This document shows positions 46,610 to 51,686 of a stretch of DNA of 51,686 bases, in pieces (positions within the stretch are counted from its first letter, which is position 1; each line of letters starts with the position of its first letter). The translations under genes were made by a program, and so were the position numbers. Source of the DNA: Patescibacteria group bacterium (GTDB lineage Bacteria > Patescibacteriota > Patescibacteriia > SG8-24); contig JAYEJB010000005.1 of the NCBI GenBank assembly GCA_034716415.1, forward strand, positions 1 through 51,686, given 5' to 3'. Below the pieces are notes generated by a model. That model had not been told where the DNA came from and searched no databases. It worked only from the letters and a program-made list of their open reading frames with translations.

Positions 46610-46987
46610 ATGCTAGTCATCAGACTCTCACGCGTCGGCAAGAAGAAGCAGCCGACCTATCGTATCGTGGTGCAGGAAAAGCAGCGCGACCCGTGGGGTA
46701 CGTCGGTCGAGATCGTCGGGAACTACAACCCGCTGACCGAACCCAAGACCATCGTCCTCAAGGAGGACCGTATCAAACACTGGATTGCGCAAGGCGCTCA
46801 GCCGTCGGACACGGTTCACAACCTCCTGGTGGATGCCAAAGTGATCTCCGACTCGAAGCGTCGCGCCACTACACACGATAAGAAGGAGGCGGGAGAATCC
46901 CCCTCCGCTGAAGCTACGGGGGACAAGGAGGAGAAGACTGAGGAAAAGAAAGCAGAGACTCCTGCCGAGGAAGAAAAATCCGAATAA
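46610..46987 (+). CDS. rpsP: 30S ribosomal protein S16
   Basis: MLVIRLSRVGKKKQPTYRIVV, G.YNP, W...GAQPSDTV. Confidence 0.97.
   Translation: MLVIRLSRVGKKKQPTYRIVVQEKQRDPWGTSVEIVGNYNPLTEPKTIVLKEDRIKHWIAQGAQPSDTVHNLLVDAKVISDSKRRATTHDKKEAGESPSAEATGDKEEKTEEKKAETPAEEEKSE
46898..46923. repeat. REP-like palindrome inside rpsP coding tail
   Basis: TCCCCCTCCGCTGAAGCTACGGGGGA, same core as 21446 and 37826 copies. Confidence 0.7.
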
Positions 46988-47150
46988 GGCTAAAGGAGCG
47001 GTCGCGGGGCCGTTCTTTTGATTGACAGGACCCCTCGGAAACGATATGCTTCAATCAGTTCCCGCCTAACGGGAGCCGATGTTCTCACTAGAGACATCGA
47101 GTAACAAACGGCAACGCCTCTCGCCGGGAGGGAGGCCGCCAGCATCTGCT

Positions 47151-47498
47151 ATGGATGAAGAGTTTGATCGCGAATTTGTAGAATTCGTCGTTAAGGCAAT
47201 CGTTAACAACCCGGATGATGTGAGGGCCGAGAGGACCATCGACGAGAGAGGCGTCCTCATCACCCTGCACGTCAACCCCGAAGACATGGGTTACGTCATC
47301 GGTAAGAGCGGGCAGACCGCCCGGTCGATCCGCACACTGCTCAAGATCGTAGGCGCCAAGAACAACGCCCGCGTCAACCTGAAAATCTTCGAACCGGAAG
47401 GCAGCCGGAGGTTCTCCGACGCCCCAAGGCAGCCGGAGGCAGCTCCGCCCGAAGAAGAAGAGGACATCGACACATCAGCTGTCGACCTCAAGATATAG
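47151..47498 (+). CDS. khpA: KH-domain RNA-binding protein KhpA
   Basis: F.EF.VKAIV..PD.V, DMG.VIGK.G.TA..IRTLL; downstream of rpsP. Confidence 0.92.
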   Translation: MDEEFDREFVEFVVKAIVNNPDDVRAERTIDERGVLITLHVNPEDMGYVIGKSGQTARSIRTLLKIVGAKNNARVNLKIFEPEGSRRFSDAPRQPEAAPPEEEEDIDTSAVDLKI

Positions 47499-47582
47499 TA
47501 GGAAAGCGACCCAAACAATCCCGGAATTGGTTTGCAAACAAAGATCCCGCGTAAGCGGGGTCTTTTGATTCCTATTTCTCCA

Positions 47583-47624
47583 AGAGGTGTCCCCCCTCAC
47601 CCTTAAGTGGGGCCAGGCCCCAAA
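47583..47624 (+). repeat. 42-bp direct repeat, left of RAYT
   Basis: AGAGGTGTCCCCC...TGGGGCCAGGCCCCAAA; 38/42 identical to 48209-48250. Confidence 0.9.
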
Positions 47625-47664
47625 ATTTGCACTTACAAATACAGCATGGTAAGGGAAATCGGCT

Positions 47665-48255
47665 ATGACGCGCATGCCCAGAATTATCGCTGAGGATATC
47701 GACGTCTACCATGCGGTTACGAGAGGCAATAATCGCATGCCTGTCTTTTCAGACACTGACGACCATCTCGCATATCTGGCGATTATACAAAAATATAAAA
47801 CACTTCTTCGCTTCAGGGTATACAATTATATCCTGATGCCCAACCATGTTCATTTATTGCTGGATGTTTGCGGTAAAAACCTATCAAACATCATGATGAG
47901 AATTAACCTTTCATACTCACTTCGACATAAACGAAAATATGATCGAACGGGTCACTTGTGGGAAAAGCGCTTTTGGAGCGATGTCATCCAGGATGAGAAA
48001 TACTTCCTCACCTGTGCTGCATATATCGAACTGAACTGTGTCCGTGCGGATATCGTCGCGCACCCTGCCGATTATCGCTGGTCCAGCTATAATAAACTGG
48101 CTTTCGGGACAAAGGATGTTATTGTAGATTATAGTGACATATATCTGGAGCTGGGCTCTATTCCCGAGAATAGGATGGTTGCTTATAGGGCGATGATAAA
48201 ACTATTTGAGAGGTGTCCCCCTTCAAACTTAACTGGGGCCAGGCCCCAAACGTGA
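47665..48255 (+). CDS. REP-associated tyrosine transposase (RAYT, Y1_Tnp/HUH)
   Basis: YH.VTRGNNR, LMPNHVHLL (HUH), GHLWEKRF, YIELN.VRA, YRWSSY; AT-richer than flanks. Confidence 0.92.
   Translation: MTRMPRIIAEDIDVYHAVTRGNNRMPVFSDTDDHLAYLAIIQKYKTLLRFRVYNYILMPNHVHLLLDVCGKNLSNIMMRINLSYSLRHKRKYDRTGHLWEKRFWSDVIQDEKYFLTCAAYIELNCVRADIVAHPADYRWSSYNKLAFGTKDVIVDYSDIYLELGSIPENRMVAYRAMIKLFERCPPSNLTGARPQT
48209..48250 (+). repeat. 42-bp direct repeat overlapping RAYT 3' end
   Basis: Match to 47583-47624. Confidence 0.9.
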
Positions 48256-48256
48256 A

Positions 48257-48964
48257 ATGAAGAAAAAAAAGAAAATTAGGTTCGACATCATCTCGATATT
48301 TCCCGGCATGTTCGGGGGATATTTCGGGGATTCGATCATCGGGCGGGCTGTGAAAAATAAGCTGATCGATATTCGGTTGCACGATCTGCGCAAGTGGACC
48401 AAGGACCGACACCACAAGGTGGATGACAAGCCGTTCGGTGGCGGGCCGGGGATGGTGATGATGGTGGGACCGTTTTATAAGGCGGTGAAGTCGTTGAGGT
48501 TGCGGCGTTTCAAAGCTAAGGAGCTAAGGAGCTTAGGAGCTAAGGAGCGTGTTGTTTTGATGTCGGCTAAGGGTAAGCGGTTTACGCATAAGCATGCCGT
48601 GCGACTGGCTAAGTATGACCGTATCGTCCTGCTTTGCGGGCGTTACGAGGGCGTGGACGAACGCGTGGCTAAAAAGATCGCTGACGAGGAGATTTCTATC
48701 GGTGACTTCGTCCTTACCGGCGGCGAACTGCCAGCTATGGTCATCGTCGACGCTGTCGCGCGTCATATCCCCGGCGTCCTCGGTAAGGCCGAATCGCTCG
48801 AAGCCGAATCCCACACCGAGGAGGGCGTCACCGAATATCCTCAATACACCCGACCGGCCGACTTCTCCCCTACTCCAGGCAAACACTGGCGCATCCCCAA
48901 GATTCTCCTTTCCGGCGACCATAAGAAAGTCAGAGACTGGCGTAAAGAGAAGTCAGGTAAATAA
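48257..48964 (+). CDS. trmD: tRNA (guanine37-N1)-methyltransferase
   Basis: VDDKPFGGGPGMV, CGRYEGVDERV, SIGDFVLTGGE, EYPQYTRP, LLSGDH. Confidence 0.97.
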   Translation: MKKKKKIRFDIISIFPGMFGGYFGDSIIGRAVKNKLIDIRLHDLRKWTKDRHHKVDDKPFGGGPGMVMMVGPFYKAVKSLRLRRFKAKELRSLGAKERVVLMSAKGKRFTHKHAVRLAKYDRIVLLCGRYEGVDERVAKKIADEEISIGDFVLTGGELPAMVIVDAVARHIPGVLGKAESLEAESHTEEGVTEYPQYTRPADFSPTPGKHWRIPKILLSGDHKKVRDWRKEKSGK

Positions 48965-49039
48965 ACACCGGTCACGGACCGGTGTTTTGACACACCCAGT
49001 GCTTATTGTTAAGCTTCGACTAATCACACGGAGGTATCG

Positions 49040-49660
49040 ATGCGTGAAGAAATATTGAACATTGAAAACGAGACCCTGGCTGACTTTGTCGTCAAGGTCC
49101 ATGCGGACAGCAAGACTTTGATGGTCGATGTCCATAATCCAGACTGCTGTCCGGGACCTAGTCATCCTGTCAGTCCAAAAAGTTCGACCCGCATCCCGAT
49201 CGCCATGACCAGACCGATGAAGAGATGCAGAAAATTCTTCTCCGGAAGACTTCGCTTGAAACTGAACGACCACGCGCCGCAGGTCGCCTTCCGCCATGAT
49301 TATGAGATGAAGCGGCGTGGCCGACACACATTGCGCCTTCTGCCGTATGGTGATTATTCATTCTCAGCCCAGCTCGACCGACCTTTCGAACAGATCGAAT
49401 TCGTCAACGAGGATCCGGACAAAGCAATCGTCGCGTCACTTTCGGACGGACCCAAGGGCACTTTCCAGATATGCCTATCCTCGGACGAATGGTGGAGCAG
49501 TATCTGGTTCGAAAATATTCCACCCGGTGAAAGAGCGACACTGCCTCCAGGATTTACAAAGACCATCAACGGAGCATCATTCAGCGGTACCAAGGACGTC
49601 CACTGGCACCTATGTCCAAGCTATGACGGCACCCTAAAAATAGTGATGTGGTGCAGATAG
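49040..49660 (+). CDS. Hypothetical protein
   Basis: Promoter TTGACA-N17-TAAGCT, GGAGG SD, terminator at ~49684-49708. Confidence 0.65.
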   Translation: MREEILNIENETLADFVVKVHADSKTLMVDVHNPDCCPGPSHPVSPKSSTRIPIAMTRPMKRCRKFFSGRLRLKLNDHAPQVAFRHDYEMKRRGRHTLRLLPYGDYSFSAQLDRPFEQIEFVNEDPDKAIVASLSDGPKGTFQICLSSDEWWSSIWFENIPPGERATLPPGFTKTINGASFSGTKDVHWHLCPSYDGTLKIVMWCR

Positions 49661-49771
49661 CTGGCGCCGACATCTATCGATTATCCCCGTACTCCGAGGG
49701 GATTTTTTATTATTGACCATCCGTCTATCACATGCTAAAGTCGGTCATCGACCTTTGAAAGGAGGGTTAGG

Positions 49772-50458
49772 ATGTCTAATCTAGCAGATGAACTCATCAA
49801 AGAGCTGAAAGCACTCATGATGTTCGGAGTGACAGACCCAAGACATTCGCAGATGATCGAACACGCGATGCGCTTCATAACACCAGTCATCGAACGCATC
49901 GCTGCAGAACGGTTCGAGCTGAAACCGCAGGATGAGATTGACACGACCAGGGCAGCCCATGCCATCTCCAGATTCACGGGATGCCAGGTCGACAAAATTG
50001 GCATCGTGCGCGCTCCACCGACTAGGGAGCTGGCCGATTTCCATCCATGGTGGAAAGAGGAGCGCATCTACAACCAAAACATGTCGACACTCTGGGACGA
50101 CGAGCGCCTGCCACCCAAGACTTTGGCGGCCTCGACAGCCGACGAGGGCAGCACCCTGAAGAGCGATGCGATCATGGAGTACCTGCTCGCCCTCGGCTAC
50201 TCGACCGCCCAGGCCATCAACACCGCCGTAAACGGCATGAGTTGGGTAGGTCGATGTGAGCACATGGGCTATGTACTTTGGTACGCAACCGTCTTCCCGA
50301 TCCTGCAGACGTTCTGCCAGACCGCGGCCTTCTACCAACGCGACGAATCACGCGCCGCAGTCGCGCTGCTACGGGATATGACCGATTACTTGCCTATCGG
50401 GCGAGACACGCTTATCTACCGCAATGGCTGGATCATACTAGCCGCTCCCGAAGCATAG
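49772..50458 (+). CDS. Hypothetical protein
   Basis: Promoter TTGACC-N17-TAAAGT, AAAGGAGG SD, terminator follows. Confidence 0.7.
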   Translation: MSNLADELIKELKALMMFGVTDPRHSQMIEHAMRFITPVIERIAAERFELKPQDEIDTTRAAHAISRFTGCQVDKIGIVRAPPTRELADFHPWWKEERIYNQNMSTLWDDERLPPKTLAASTADEGSTLKSDAIMEYLLALGYSTAQAINTAVNGMSWVGRCEHMGYVLWYATVFPILQTFCQTAAFYQRDESRAAVALLRDMTDYLPIGRDTLIYRNGWIILAAPEA

Positions 50459-50502
50459 TCTAAACAGCCCACAACCTGGGGCTTTTTTATTACCCCGAAA
50501 AC

Positions 50503-50531
50503 TTGACAATCATCCCTATATCCGTTATATT
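50503..50531 (+). promoter_or_regulatory. rRNA promoter
   Basis: TTGACA-N17-TATATT ~300 nt upstream of 16S; boxA-like GACTTTGACAA at ~50669. Confidence 0.7.
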
Positions 50532-50830
50532 ACCCGGCGAGCGTTCGAGGCCTTATTTTTCGCTAAAAATAGGCAAATCGGACACTCGTTTCATTTCCGC
50601 ACTGGGGTTCTTGACTTAAAAATCGAGCTGACCTACAATGCGGTGGCTGAAAGAAATCAGCCAACAGGGACTTTGACAATGTGAACGAGATAACCCATGC
50701 CCTGAGTGAAATCCGCTTCGCGGATGAATCGAAGGGCAAACAACTTGGGCCCGGACCTTCATGGTTCGGGCGAGCAAGGAACGTCTATAATCCTCTAGTT
50801 GAGTACCTGCCGACTTCGGTCGCAGGAACT

Positions 50831-51686
<856 letters not shown>

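Overview
A 51.7-kb chromosomal window, most likely from a Patescibacteria/CPR bacterium. This is inferred from 16S signatures, a short hinge-less SMC, rpsP-khpA-trmD without rimM and the repeat types. The genetic code is standard 11 (TGA and TAG are both used as stops). Housekeeping genes (tsaE, tsaD, tRNA-Glu, DEAD-box helicase, Gre factor, clpP, nrnA, smc, rpsP, khpA, trmD, 5' part of 16S rRNA) are mixed with many accessory single-gene units. The most notable items are: (1) an independently transcribed ~153-nt tRNA-mimic RNA with an 8/4 acceptor/T fold and branched domains replacing the D and anticodon arms (39063-39215); (2) a tightly coupled NRDE/TANGO2-coaB-coaC operon; (3) an AT-rich hicBA-like cassette behind tRNA-Glu, bounded by an 88-bp direct repeat and 13-bp inverted motifs; (4) a RAYT transposase with 42-bp direct repeats at the usual rimM position; (5) a DUF4956-metallophosphoesterase-CotH-VTC operon; (6) five copies of an unrecognised ~125-aa domain; (7) dispersed 7/8/9-bp periodic inverted repeats and REP-like palindromes, some in-frame inside core genes; (8) a split between SD-led and SD-less (TATG-context) start codons. 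All calls come from manual reading and motif recognition; no database searches were run.
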